Assembly (NCBI GenBank): GCA_963727775.1
Contig: CAVSHB010000002.1
Location: 96,001 to 160,000 of the forward strand
Source: an uncultured Nitrospiraceae bacterium
GTDB taxonomy: Bacteria > Nitrospirota > Thermodesulfovibrionia > Thermodesulfovibrionales > SM23-35
Length of the DNA stretch: 64,000 nt
Reading direction: 5' to 3'
Shown here: one piece after another, positions 28,950-40,374 of the stretch
Layout of the letters: each line of letters opens with the position of its first letter
How positions within the stretch are numbered: the stretch's first letter is position 1
The notes under the pieces: generated by a model
The model's database searches: none
What the model was told of the DNA's origin: nothing
Seen by the model: only the letters and a program-made list of their open reading frames with translations
Made by a program: the position numbers and the translations under genes

Positions 28950-29119
28950 AGGAGGGTCGGCAGCCAGTGTATAGGGGGACTGACTGCCGAGTAAGGGACC
29001 TTCTTTTTTGAGTAGCATAATAAATGCTAAGAAAGAAGTTGTTGTTTTTCTTAATTTTTTGGTGTTCAACGAGATAAGGATGCAGGGCAAATTGTCTTGA
29101 GGGGAGTAATTGTGCCTAT
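28950..29119 (-). ncRNA. Putative sigma-54-dependent small RNA or leader module, copy 2
   Basis: Similar to 16433-16606 including an identical 42-bp block; 12-bp stem with one U-G pair on the minus strand; -24 box reads TAGC rather than TGGC. Confidence 0.5.
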
Positions 29120-29162
29120 TCCGCCGTCAACCGTAATCTGAAATTCATACTGATAGGCAAGG

Positions 29163-29519
29163 TCAATATTTCTTAAATAAGGTTGCGACACCGTTGTCAA
29201 AATAATAATATCCATATAGTTCTGATATCATCAGCATAGTTATTAATCCCAGTGCTGTTAATATTATTCCGACAAAGAAGATTTTCTTTTCAATCCCTGT
29301 ATATCCACGAATAACTTCTATGGGACTAAGAACTATAACTTTTCTTTTCCTGATGTGATACAGAATGGATGCCAAGACTAATAAAATTACACCTACCAGA
29401 AAAATAACAAAGGAAGGAATCAGGTGGGGATTAATGTATAACCATTGGAGCACTTTATCTGCCTTTCGGAAAACCTCACCGTGAAAATAGGTGTCATTTG
29501 AACAAGGCTTCCATATCAT
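29163..29519 (-). CDS. Hypothetical membrane protein
   Basis: Two hydrophobic segments; true start uncertain. Confidence 0.45.
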   Translation of the reverse strand: MIWKPCSNDTYFHGEVFRKADKVLQWLYINPHLIPSFVIFLVGVILLVLASILYHIRKRKVIVLSPIEVIRGYTGIEKKIFFVGIILTALGLITMLMISELYGYYYFDNGVATLFKKY

Positions 29520-30159
29520 CCACTAGGTCGAGTATGCGATTCCCGTCTTTTTTTATTTTTGAGCGTGAGGATTCTTTTTTCAAGTTGGAAATTACTTGAT
29601 CCATCTGCAATATAATTCCCCCACCTTTATGCTTCTGGATAGTCGGCTTAAGCGTATTCCAAACATCTTGCAGTTGGATAATGGGTTTATTCAGTGCATC
29701 GGAACTATTTGATATGTGAGATAACAAAACAATTTCCCTCCCCAAATAATCTATTCGGCTTATATCCAGAGGAGTTGTCTGAGGGTAACAGTCCTGTAAA
29801 TCAATTAATAATGCAGTGATTTGATTTGCGTTTAAGGCAGCCCGTATAGGCTCATTTCTTTCTTTTGCTAATGCTCTTAATCGGGAAATGAGATACCTGA
29901 ATCTATTCACCGTGGATAAGGACAGTCCCTTATCCAGCATTTCATCTTCAACTTTTGTCTCATTTCGAACAATAACGTCTATAGCAGACTGAGCCTCTGT
30001 CCACTCTTTCTTCAAAAGAAAGTCAATTACATTTTCTGCTTTCTCCGCAACAAGCTGCACTTCTTTGGGCATCGATTGTTGAGAGGCTTGTGCAGCAGAG
30101 CCGAATAAAAATAAGAACATCGCTAATGCAATTCCTAAATATGTCTTAATTTTTTTCAT
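29494..30159 (-). CDS. Exported helical hypothetical protein
   Basis: Signal peptide ending AQA; 221 aa. Confidence 0.6.
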   Translation of the reverse strand: MKKIKTYLGIALAMFLFLFGSAAQASQQSMPKEVQLVAEKAENVIDFLLKKEWTEAQSAIDVIVRNETKVEDEMLDKGLSLSTVNRFRYLISRLRALAKERNEPIRAALNANQITALLIDLQDCYPQTTPLDISRIDYLGREIVLLSHISNSSDALNKPIIQLQDVWNTLKPTIQKHKGGGIILQMDQVISNLKKESSRSKIKKDGNRILDLVDDMEALFK

Positions 30160-30485
30160 GCTTCACTTGAAATTTACCACTTTTCAAACAGCAGTTCAAT
30201 AACAATGAGGAGTGGTAAATATTATATCAATTTGGACGACATTCAAAGGTCTTCAAGATGCTTTTCTATCAGGTGACTGATGGGTAGGTCATGAATTCTC
30301 CTGATGTAGTCGGCTTAATTCTGACACAGTTTCAAGTGGGATTGTGGAGAAAGGGATAGATTACCCTTTGTCGGGGTCTCAAAAAGGTTGAAAGTGGGAT
30401 TTGGTCAACGCTATGAGGCTAATAAGAGTATGGCTGAGTTTCCAACTCTTTGTCGGCACAAAGGGGGGTAAATAAATGAGAGTTT

Positions 30486-32144
30486 TTAACAGGGGAATTT
30501 CAAATGGCTGAAGTCAATACCGTAATCTAATTTCTTGATTAGTTCCAACTTCAGTTGTAATACGTAGTCCTTCCCATACCTGTCGAGTGTTATTGATTCA
30601 TTTGTATGACCAACTGTTTCTTTCAATACACTATCTAACGCAACGGCTTTTTCTTTGACGATTTCCTGTTTCAATTGATTTATAAAATTATGTCGCAAGC
30701 TATTAAATGATTTCTTAGGATGGTCTGTAATGTATTTTGCTTCATAGTCGTTATACCATCGGGAAAAATCGTGTCCATAGCCGTCTCGTCTTCTCTTTAA
30801 ATTGCTCCAAAGGCGTTCATGCTTCACTGACTTGACATAATCTATAAAGCCTAATTTCAGCAACTCAGGAGAAATAGGCACCAATCTCTTGCTTGACACA
30901 GTCTTAAGAACTTTATCCTCTTCATCGTTAATATCGAAATACGGTATCCCGAAATCTTCCTTAATATCCGACTTGTAAAGTTGAGATATTTCACCGAGAC
31001 GGCAGCCACTATATAAACCTATTAAAGGAATCCAAAATCTCTCAGGACGCTCTTGATTAACTTTGACAAAAGCAGGGGAAGTAATTAACTTCCTAATATC
31101 ATCTTTTGAATAAGGGTCTTTTTCCTCACTTGCTTTTGTCTTCTTCTTTATTGCAATTTTTAACTTGTAAGCAGGATTGAAATCTATATACCCACGTCCT
31201 ACAGCATATTCAAAGATTGCATTTATCCTGATAAGATTCTTATTTGCTGTCTTTATGCTTAATATTCTGCAAGGTGGTAGGTCATCATTTTTAATCAGAT
31301 TAATTACTTCCTCTAACGGAAGGTCTCTAAGGACTTTGTGTTTGTTCACATTAGCAGGGAACTTGATTAATAACCCCCGATAGTCTAACAATTCGGGTCT
31401 ATCGTATTCCTTAATGTCCTTGTCTCCGATTATTTCAACAAATTGTTTGTAGAAGTTCTGTGTTTCTTCTGCATTTTTGGCGTTCCAATCCTTACCGTCA
31501 ATTTTTTCTTTGCAATATTGAGCGATTACCTTAGACAGTAGTTTCCCCTTCTTGTCAGAAACTTGTATCGGGTTTCTTTCGGGTGGAGTGACAGATAAGG
31601 ATTTATCATACTCTGTATCAAAATTGCCTTTTATTCTTTCAATCTCAATATTATAGACCTGTATCAAAGCCTTCGTAAATTCTCTGCAAAGTTTTCTGTA
31701 ATCATTTGAATTTTTTTCAAGGGTTATGGATTCTTCTGCCAATAACTCATCAACGTCACGCTCTACCCAATGCGTTTGGGCTAATGGCAGACTGTTTTTG
31801 AAGATATCAATCATTGTCTGATATTGCCCTATGCGGTTATCACGGGTTTCTAAGGTAGGATACAATTTGGCTCTTATGGTTAAATCCTCAAAACTGTTTA
31901 ACATATTGTCCAAAAATTTACGGGCAAGAAGTCTCATTTGCTCTTTGTTCAAGATATCGCTCCTAATTAGGTTCACAATCCTATAAAAATTATCGGTTAA
32001 TACTTTAACTGATGATAAGGCAGTTTTCAAATCTTTTGTCTTGAGAGCCTTCTTAATTATCCCACACTGGAATATGTCTTGTAGGTCTTTTGGTATCTTT
32101 GAACGGAAATAATAGTAACCTCTAAAGCAGTAAAGGTGTCTCAT
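30486..32144 (-). CDS. Tyrosine recombinase/integrase with DUF6538-like N-terminus
   Basis: YYYFRSKIPKDL; GCRLGEI (R), LKT (K), NSLRH, VGH, RYGK (Y); ATG at 32144 with GGAGG RBS. Confidence 0.9.
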   Translation of the reverse strand: MRHLYCFRGYYYFRSKIPKDLQDIFQCGIIKKALKTKDLKTALSSVKVLTDNFYRIVNLIRSDILNKEQMRLLARKFLDNMLNSFEDLTIRAKLYPTLETRDNRIGQYQTMIDIFKNSLPLAQTHWVERDVDELLAEESITLEKNSNDYRKLCREFTKALIQVYNIEIERIKGNFDTEYDKSLSVTPPERNPIQVSDKKGKLLSKVIAQYCKEKIDGKDWNAKNAEETQNFYKQFVEIIGDKDIKEYDRPELLDYRGLLIKFPANVNKHKVLRDLPLEEVINLIKNDDLPPCRILSIKTANKNLIRINAIFEYAVGRGYIDFNPAYKLKIAIKKKTKASEEKDPYSKDDIRKLITSPAFVKVNQERPERFWIPLIGLYSGCRLGEISQLYKSDIKEDFGIPYFDINDEEDKVLKTVSSKRLVPISPELLKLGFIDYVKSVKHERLWSNLKRRRDGYGHDFSRWYNDYEAKYITDHPKKSFNSLRHNFINQLKQEIVKEKAVALDSVLKETVGHTNESITLDRYGKDYVLQLKLELIKKLDYGIDFSHLKFPC

Positions 32145-32244
32145 GGCTTCCTTCCTCCCCAAAGTGACCTAAAAAGTGACCTAATTTGAAGTAAGCCTAT
32201 GAGATATAAGAGAAATCCTTATCTAATAAGGACTTAGAAAAGGC

Positions 32245-32321
32245 TGGTGGCGGCGCAGGGAATCGAACCCCGGACACTGCGGATATGAGCCGCATGCTCT
32301 AACCGTCTGAGCTACGCCGCC
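32245..32321 (-). tRNA. tRNA-Met (CAT), elongator type
   Basis: GGCGGCGTAGCTCAG...TGCGG CTCATAT CCGCA...GGTTCGATTCC...CGCCGCCACCA; 77 nt; G1-C72 paired, so not the initiator; Ile2 not fully excluded. Confidence 0.93.
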
Positions 32322-32407
32322 GCTGAAATACAATAAAAAGCAAGAAGTCAATAAGGAGCGGAAGAATTCTCCAAAAACAAAAACAAATTATAACAGAAGA
32401 AATCCAT

Positions 32408-33529
32408 TTAATGGAAGAGTTCGAACCTCCGGGCCCTTATATTGATAAGCACACCCACTGATATGAGGTTTGACAGGAGCGCCGTGCCTCCGTAACTCAT
32501 GAACGGCAAAGGCACCCCTACGACCGGCATCAAGCCCAGCGTCATCCCGACGTTAATCAGGAAATAGATAAAGAACATGAATGTTATTCCGAGCGCAAGC
32601 AGCCTGCCGAATTCGTCTTTCGCATTTTTTACTGTATCAAGCCCTCTCATGATCAGAAGAAAATAAAAAAACAGGAGTAGTGTGCTTCCGAAGAACCCCC
32701 ATTCTTCCGCAAAGACCGCGAATATAAAATCAGTATGTTTTTCCGGCAAAAACCTGAACGGTCCTTGTGTGCCGTTCAAATATCCCTTCCCAAAGAATTT
32801 TCCTGAACCTACCGTAATCTTTGACTGGTTTAAATGGTAACCGATGCCTGTCGGATCGACTTCGGGCTCGACAAAGGCGACGAGCCTGTTCTTCTGGTAG
32901 TCTTTGAGCCCGCCCCAGAATATATTGCCGAGAAAAGGCATGGATATTAAACCGATAATGATAAACAATACCGCAACCTTTTTTTCAAGCCCCTTTGCTA
33001 TTACTAAGGCAATAAAAATCGAAAGGATTATTAATGCTGTACCGAGGTCAGGCTGTTTAAGAAGAAGGATAAAAGGTACAAAAGTTATGAAAAAGAACAC
33101 CCTCAAGAGTGAAATCGTGTCTATGGGGCTTTTTAGGGTGCTCAGATACTTTGAGAGCATGATGATGTACATGAGCTTAAAGAATTCAGACGGCTGGAAT
33201 GCGATAGGGCCGAGATTTATCCACCTCTTTGCGCCCATGCCTATCTTTCCTATGATAATTACCGTAATCAACAGGATAATACCCGTCACATATAAAGGGG
33301 TTGAGAATCTGCTGAGCCAGATATAGTCAAACCCGACGATCAGGAATAGGGCGGCCAGGCCGAGTATGAGCCAGGTCACCTGCTTTATATAGAAAACGGA
33401 ATGCTCTTCCGCGGCGAGAGGACGTGTTGCGCTGTAGATTGTCATAATGCCGATTAAGGATATAAGAATGGCAACCGAAAGCATTATCCAGTCGAAGTTG
33501 TGAAGTAATCTGCGGTCTATGCGAAGCAT
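32408..33529 (-). CDS. rodA: Rod shape-determining protein RodA
   Basis: GAKRWI, FQPSEF, QPDLGTA, LPEKHTDFIFA, PLPFMSYGG; mre context. Confidence 0.95.
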   Translation of the reverse strand: MLRIDRRLLHNFDWIMLSVAILISLIGIMTIYSATRPLAAEEHSVFYIKQVTWLILGLAALFLIVGFDYIWLSRFSTPLYVTGIILLITVIIIGKIGMGAKRWINLGPIAFQPSEFFKLMYIIMLSKYLSTLKSPIDTISLLRVFFFITFVPFILLLKQPDLGTALIILSIFIALVIAKGLEKKVAVLFIIIGLISMPFLGNIFWGGLKDYQKNRLVAFVEPEVDPTGIGYHLNQSKITVGSGKFFGKGYLNGTQGPFRFLPEKHTDFIFAVFAEEWGFFGSTLLLFFYFLLIMRGLDTVKNAKDEFGRLLALGITFMFFIYFLINVGMTLGLMPVVGVPLPFMSYGGTALLSNLISVGVLINIRARRFELFH

Positions 33530-33615
33530 CTATTGATACCGGGATACAAAGGCACAGACAAAGTAAAAATGACAACCTGGCGGAAACAAGGGTTTTACCT
33601 GTACCTTGCCTGTTC

Positions 33616-34521
33616 CTATGGCGGACACTTTGCGCAGACAGAAGTAAAGAGAGAAGTAGAAAGATACCTGTCTCCCCTATCGGGCAGGATAACGACTATG
33701 ACCCCGTCCCTAAGCTCACTGGATTTTCTGAGTGCAACGTACATTGCGGCGCCGCTCGACATACCTGCGAATATTCCTTCCTTTACCGCCAGCATCCTTG
33801 TAGTATCAAAGGCCTCTTCGTCGTTGACAAGATGCCTTTCGTCGAGACGGTTAGGGTCGAATATCTTCGGTCTGATGGACTCCGTCATATTCTTGAGACC
33901 CTGTATCCTGTGATGGAGCACGGGTTCAACCCCGATAATCGTGATGTCCTTATTGAACTCTTTGAGCCTTCTGCTGACTCCCATCAATGTGCCTGTCGTC
34001 CCCATGCCGGCCACAAAATGGGTGATCCGGCCTTCTGTCTGTTCGATAATTTCTTTGCCTGTTGTTTCGTAATGGGCCAGGGCATTTGCTTCATTGTCGA
34101 ACTGGTTCGGCATGAAATATTTCCCGGGGTCTTCGGAGAGGATCTTATGCGCCAGCCTGATCGCTCCGTCTGTCGCCTGATCGGGCGGGCTTAGTATCAG
34201 TTCCGCGCCGAAAGCCTCAAGGATCCTCCTTCTCTCTATGCTGACGCAGGCGGGCATTGTAAGCTTCACCCTGTATTTCTTTGACGAGGCAACCATAGCA
34301 AGTCCTATCCCGGTGTTCCCGGACGTGGCCTCAAGAATTATTTTGTCCCTGGTGAGCTTTCCTTCTTTCTCGGCTGCCTCAATCATATAGAGCGCAATCC
34401 GGTCTTTGATGGAACCGCTGGGATTATTGCCTTCCAGCTTTGCGAAAAGCTTGACCTTTGGATTGGGGGTTGATTCTATGCTGGTGAGCGGAGTATTTCC
34501 TATGCACTGAAGAATTCCCAT
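33616..34521 (-). CDS. PLP-dependent cysteine synthase (CysM/CysK family)
   Basis: IGNTPL, NPSGSIKDR, EATSGNTG, GMGTTGT, DRGDRYLS; likely ATG at 34521. Confidence 0.9.
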   Translation of the reverse strand: MGILQCIGNTPLTSIESTPNPKVKLFAKLEGNNPSGSIKDRIALYMIEAAEKEGKLTRDKIILEATSGNTGIGLAMVASSKKYRVKLTMPACVSIERRRILEAFGAELILSPPDQATDGAIRLAHKILSEDPGKYFMPNQFDNEANALAHYETTGKEIIEQTEGRITHFVAGMGTTGTLMGVSRRLKEFNKDITIIGVEPVLHHRIQGLKNMTESIRPKIFDPNRLDERHLVNDEEAFDTTRMLAVKEGIFAGMSSGAAMYVALRKSSELRDGVIVVILPDRGDRYLSTSLFTSVCAKCPP

Positions 34522-34575
34522 TACTTCATTATAAAGACGACCGCATGCGACGGTCAAGTAAGCGCGTTGATTGTA

Positions 34576-34783
34576 TTACTAAAAAGGTTTTTAGTAAAGC
34601 CACATTCAGTCGCCATCTCGTCATTCCGGCTTGTCCGGAATCTTTTTTTGTTTTCAGAGGGATTCCCGACTCCCGAAAGCATTCGGGATTGCGGAAATCG
34701 ACACGAGCCTTCGGCTCACAAAGGAGTATGAAAATAACTCCCCCTCGCCCCCTCTTAGTTTAAGATGGGAATGGGGGGCGTTA
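34576..34783. repeat. Cluster of REP-like palindromic elements
   Basis: ttactaaaaa/tttttagtaa, attccgg-cttgt-ccggaat, tcccgaa/ttcggga, gagcc/ggctc, taactcccc...ggggcgtta. Confidence 0.6.
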
Positions 34784-34880
34784 ATTGAAGTAAATAGAAT
34801 CATTTTCGGGTCAATGACAATAGTGAGGCATTATTTGTACCCTTATTAGTAATGCCTGAATTACGACCTGGCATTCCGGT

Positions 34881-36674
34881 TCACTGCCGGACGGCGTCAG
34901 GCATAGGGAGAGGTTTGTCTTCTTTCTTTGTCTTTGAGTTGACGTATTCTTCTATTGTTCTCTTTGCGATAGGCGCGGCAGCGCCGCCGCCGTGTCCGCC
35001 GTGTTCAACTAATACGGCGAGTGCGATCTCAGGTCTTTCAATGGGCGCGAATGCAACGAACCATGCATGGTCTCTGAATTTTTCCGATACGTATTGGAAC
35101 CCGCTTTTCATCTTTACAACCTGAGCTGTACCCGTTTTCCCGCCGATGGGGATCAGGTCTGATTTCGCAGACCATCCGGTCCCTCCCGGCCCGTTCACAA
35201 CGCCAAAAAGTCCGTTCTTAACGGTTTCGAGATTGGCAGGACTTATTTTCACTTTGCCCGCAATTACAGGCGGGGCGTTTTTAATCAAACTTGGTTTGTA
35301 AAGGGTCCCGCCGTTTGCTATAGTGTTTGTCATGACCGCCAACTGAAGGGGAGTCACCGCGACATATCCCTGGCCTATCGCCGCATTGAATGTTTCCCCG
35401 AGGAACCATGGAAGTTTTTTGTTTTCAAGTTTCCATTTTGTATTTGGTATCAAACCCTGCCTTTCTTTCCCGAGTTCAATGCCTGTCTTTTTCCCTAATC
35501 CGAAACTTGTCGCGTATGCATAAATTTTATCAATGCCGAGGCGCCTGCCGACTTCATAAAAGAATACATCGCACGATTCGACTATCGCCCTGTTTAAAGA
35601 AACTACGCCATGCCCGTGTTTTTGCCAGCAGCCGAAATGCCAGTTGCCGTAACGTATCTCTCCCTTACAGTCCACTTTTGTGCCCGGGTTGATGACCCCT
35701 TCCTCCAGACCGGCTAGGGCTGTGACGATCTTAAATGTTGATCCTGGCGGGTATTGACTTTGCAACGCCCTGTTAAGCATGGGATTTTTGGGGTCTTTTG
35801 TGATCGCCGTCCATTTGTCACTGCTTATGCCCCTTGTAAAGAGATTGGGGTCAAAGGAAGGCTTGCTTATTAAGCTGAGTATCTCCCCGGTTTCGGGCTT
35901 CATAGCAACAAGAGCGCCTGCCCTTTCACCGAAAGCCTTCTCCGCTTCCTTCTGAAGATTAATGTCGATACTGAGAGTGACATCCGTCCCCTTTATCGGC
36001 GTCTTTTCCTGCAGCAGCCTTATCTCCCTGCCCAGCGCATTTACTTCGATTATCCTTTTGCCCGGTGTGCCTCTCAAGGACTCATCAAAAAGTTTTTCAA
36101 TGCCCCACTGGCCGATGAATATATCGGACGGCACGTCCTTGAAGGCAGGCTCTTTTGCCTGAGACGGGCTAAGTTTCCCAAGGTATCCTATAAGGTGGGA
36201 CCCGACATCTCCATAAATATATTCCCTGCTGACCTCGGCTTCGATGATGAGCCCCGGAAAATCAGACCGTCGGGCTTCAATATGCGCAATATCTTCAAAA
36301 TTCAGTGCCTGTTTTAATTTTACCGGCACAAAAGGGCTTAGGCCGGGTTTGTCTATCTTCTCGAGTATTTCTTCGACGGGTATCTTGAGGACTTTTGACA
36401 AAGGGTCGACTCTGCTTTTATCGAACTCATCCGGGATTATTGATGCATAATAATAGGGATAATCTTTTACGAGAGGAACGCCGTTCCTGTCAAAGATTAT
36501 CCCCCGTGGAGCGGGAATACTGACTATCCTTAGCCTGTTTGCCTCTGAAAGCTTTCTGAACTCATTTCCCTGTAATATCTGCAACTGCCAGAGTCTCATG
36601 ATAAGCAGGAGAAAAACTGTGATGACTATATAACTGATAATAATTATTTTTTCAGGTTTTCCGTTTGTTTTCAT
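34881..36674 (-). CDS. mrdA: Penicillin-binding protein 2
   Basis: PAPRG, GSTFK (SxxK), SCD, KTGTAQ. Confidence 0.95.
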   Translation of the reverse strand: MKTNGKPEKIIIISYIVITVFLLLIMRLWQLQILQGNEFRKLSEANRLRIVSIPAPRGIIFDRNGVPLVKDYPYYYASIIPDEFDKSRVDPLSKVLKIPVEEILEKIDKPGLSPFVPVKLKQALNFEDIAHIEARRSDFPGLIIEAEVSREYIYGDVGSHLIGYLGKLSPSQAKEPAFKDVPSDIFIGQWGIEKLFDESLRGTPGKRIIEVNALGREIRLLQEKTPIKGTDVTLSIDINLQKEAEKAFGERAGALVAMKPETGEILSLISKPSFDPNLFTRGISSDKWTAITKDPKNPMLNRALQSQYPPGSTFKIVTALAGLEEGVINPGTKVDCKGEIRYGNWHFGCWQKHGHGVVSLNRAIVESCDVFFYEVGRRLGIDKIYAYATSFGLGKKTGIELGKERQGLIPNTKWKLENKKLPWFLGETFNAAIGQGYVAVTPLQLAVMTNTIANGGTLYKPSLIKNAPPVIAGKVKISPANLETVKNGLFGVVNGPGGTGWSAKSDLIPIGGKTGTAQVVKMKSGFQYVSEKFRDHAWFVAFAPIERPEIALAVLVEHGGHGGGAAAPIAKRTIEEYVNSKTKKEDKPLPMPDAVRQ

Positions 36675-36692
36675 TAATGTTTTCCGGGCTGC

Positions 36693-37148
36693 CTATTGGA
36701 TGTTTTTGGGCCTCAACAGTATACCTAACGGCGCATTCGCAATGGATTGCATGGCAATTATAAAAACAGCAGTACCGATGCCGACCGGCATTTTATCAAA
36801 GAGGCTCCTTGACACAAAAACAATAAAGCCGTCAATGAACGTAAGGACAGAAATACTTATCATGCCTAATAAAGGTGTCCATACAAAAAATCTGCTGTAA
36901 ACAAAGGAAGAAAGATAACCAATGAGACCCTTACTCAGTAGATTAGGTCCCAGGAATGCTCCCGAAAGGCTGTCTTCCACTATACCGATTAAGGCGCCCA
37001 GGAACATCCCTTTTATCTCTTTGCCCCTTACGCCTGCATAACATGCCAAAACAGCTGTGAGGTTTGGAGTTATATCAAACAAAGATATGCTTCCCTGGAT
37101 GATAAGGGTGCAAAAAATTATTGCTGCCCAGAGGAGGTATATCATCAC
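36693..37148 (-). CDS. mreD: Rod shape-determining protein MreD
   Basis: Hydrophobic protein between mreC and mrdA. Confidence 0.8.
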   Translation of the reverse strand: MMIYLLWAAIIFCTLIIQGSISLFDITPNLTAVLACYAGVRGKEIKGMFLGALIGIVEDSLSGAFLGPNLLSKGLIGYLSSFVYSRFFVWTPLLGMISISVLTFIDGFIVFVSRSLFDKMPVGIGTAVFIIAMQSIANAPLGILLRPKNIQ

Positions 37149-37929
37149 TGTTCTTTTTTTATAATAGCGACATATTCGATCTTGTTATTGTCTACAAATG
37201 GCGTGACTTCTATGTCCTGGAAGATCCCGATATCTTTTTTGTTGACCTTTGATATATATCCAATCGGTATCCCCGGGGGGAAAAGTGAATCGAGTCCTGA
37301 GGTTATTATAACATCACCTTTTTTTACTTCCTCTTCGGATGATACATATTTCAACTGGCATTTCCTGAAGCCTGTACCGGATATTACACCTTCTGCCCTG
37401 GTATCCTGGACCCTTGCAGCCGCAGAGAAATTAATATCGCTGAGCAAAAGCAGGTATGAGTAAGAATGTTCCACTTCTGTAATTTTTCCTGCCAGACCCT
37501 TATCTGTTAAAACTGTCATGTCTTTGGTGATCCCATCTGCGGAACCTTTATCAAGGGTGAGGGTATTTGACCATTGATCAGTATCCCTCGCAATTACGCG
37601 CGCCGAGGCAAAGTATCCATGTTCCCTGTCCTTGAGGGAAAGCAGTTCCCTGAGTTTATTATTTTCGAGGAGCGTCTCCCGGTAAGACTGCTGCTCTCTG
37701 AGCAATCTCGATATTTCCGCCTTAAGTTTTGAGTTTTCTTCTTCCCTGATGAGCATCCTTTTGAATGGAGCTGTTATAGAGTCCTTGAGAGAATTCTTTA
37801 TCTCATGGAATCCGTTGAGGACATGATCCAAAGATTTAAGCGGAAGCAGGTGATGCCTGTTACTCTGATAAGTCATCAAACTCAGGGATATGATAATAAA
37901 GAAAAGGAGCAGGAGCCTTTGCTTAGGCA

Positions 37930-37930
<1 letters not shown>
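37145..37930 (-). CDS. mreC: Rod shape-determining protein MreC
   Basis: ENNKLRELL, LDKGSADG, TSGLDSLFPPGIPIG. Confidence 0.92.
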
Positions 37931-39389
<1,459 letters not shown>

Positions 39390-39531
39390 TCAAAAATCTT
39401 AACAGAGAATTCCAGAGTTTTTCAAGTGTAGACTGTTTTTTGGTTAGTATAAAACTGTTGAGGTTTTATAGATTATTATGTTATAAAAAACAGTCTTTAT
39501 GACCAAACATACCAACGAAAGCTGATATATA

Positions 39532-40143
39532 ATGATGGAAATTGTGCTTGCCACGAGAAATGAGAAGAAAGTTGATGAGATCAGAAGGATTACGGCCGGA
39601 ATGGAAGTCTCAATCTTTACCCTTGAGGACTTTCCGGAATGTCCCGATGTAGTAGAAGACGGGACTACATTTGAAGAGAATGCAATAAAAAAGGCCTTGG
39701 TCATAGCGAAATGTACAAATAAACCTGCACTTGCCGATGATTCCGGGCTTGAAGTTTATTCACTGAAAGGGTCTCCGGGCATATTGTCTGCAAGGTACGC
39801 CGGAGAGAACGCAACCGACAGGAAAAACACAGAAAAATTGCTTAAAGAAATGAACTCAGCGCAGGATAGGCGGGGACGGTTTGTCTGCTATATAGCCGTT
39901 GCATTCCCGGGTCGGGACGCGGATGTATTTTGCGGGTATTCTGAAGGCGCTATAGGTATGGAACCGAAGGGTCTTAATGGGTTTGGTTATGACCCTGTTT
40001 TTTATCCCGAAGGATACGATAAGACTTTTGCTGAAATGAGTGATGGGGAAAAGGATTCCTTAAGCCATAGAGGAAGGGCTTTGGAAAAATTCCGGCAATA
40101 TTTAAGCAAAAAGTTAAAAGAAGAGAGTAAAGATATTAAATAA
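39532..40143 (+). CDS. rdgB: Non-canonical purine NTP pyrophosphatase
   Basis: LATRN, ADDSGL, SARYAG, GFGYDP, SHRG. Confidence 0.93.
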   Translation: MMEIVLATRNEKKVDEIRRITAGMEVSIFTLEDFPECPDVVEDGTTFEENAIKKALVIAKCTNKPALADDSGLEVYSLKGSPGILSARYAGENATDRKNTEKLLKEMNSAQDRRGRFVCYIAVAFPGRDADVFCGYSEGAIGMEPKGLNGFGYDPVFYPEGYDKTFAEMSDGEKDSLSHRGRALEKFRQYLSKKLKEESKDIK

Positions 40144-40374
40144 ATCGCCGGCTTGAGTAATAAGGAAATCTTATCTTTATATCAAAAATATGAATTTGAC
40201 TTAAAACATGCTGAAGAATATAGTTATATGTCTCTTTTTTATTTAAAATTAGCTCTGCCACGCAGTTTTTAAATTTTGTAAGCATATAGGTTCGTAACTT
40301 AATGTTGTTTTTCTTTGCAGATTAGATAGAAGTCGTTATTTTAAAAAGTCCTGAAAAAATATGGGGGTAGAATT

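Larger units (their letters stand above)
21182..32261. mobile_element. ~11 kb genomic island integrated at the tRNA-Met 3' end
   Basis: 17-bp direct repeat tggtggcggcgcaggga at 21182-21198 and 32245-32261; integrase next to the tRNA; tandem gtgacctaa motifs inside both ends. Confidence 0.88.

Noticed and set aside
40141..40374. Rex operator upstream of adk-sat
   Set aside because: No convincing TTGTGAA-N4-TTCACAA-like palindrome found.
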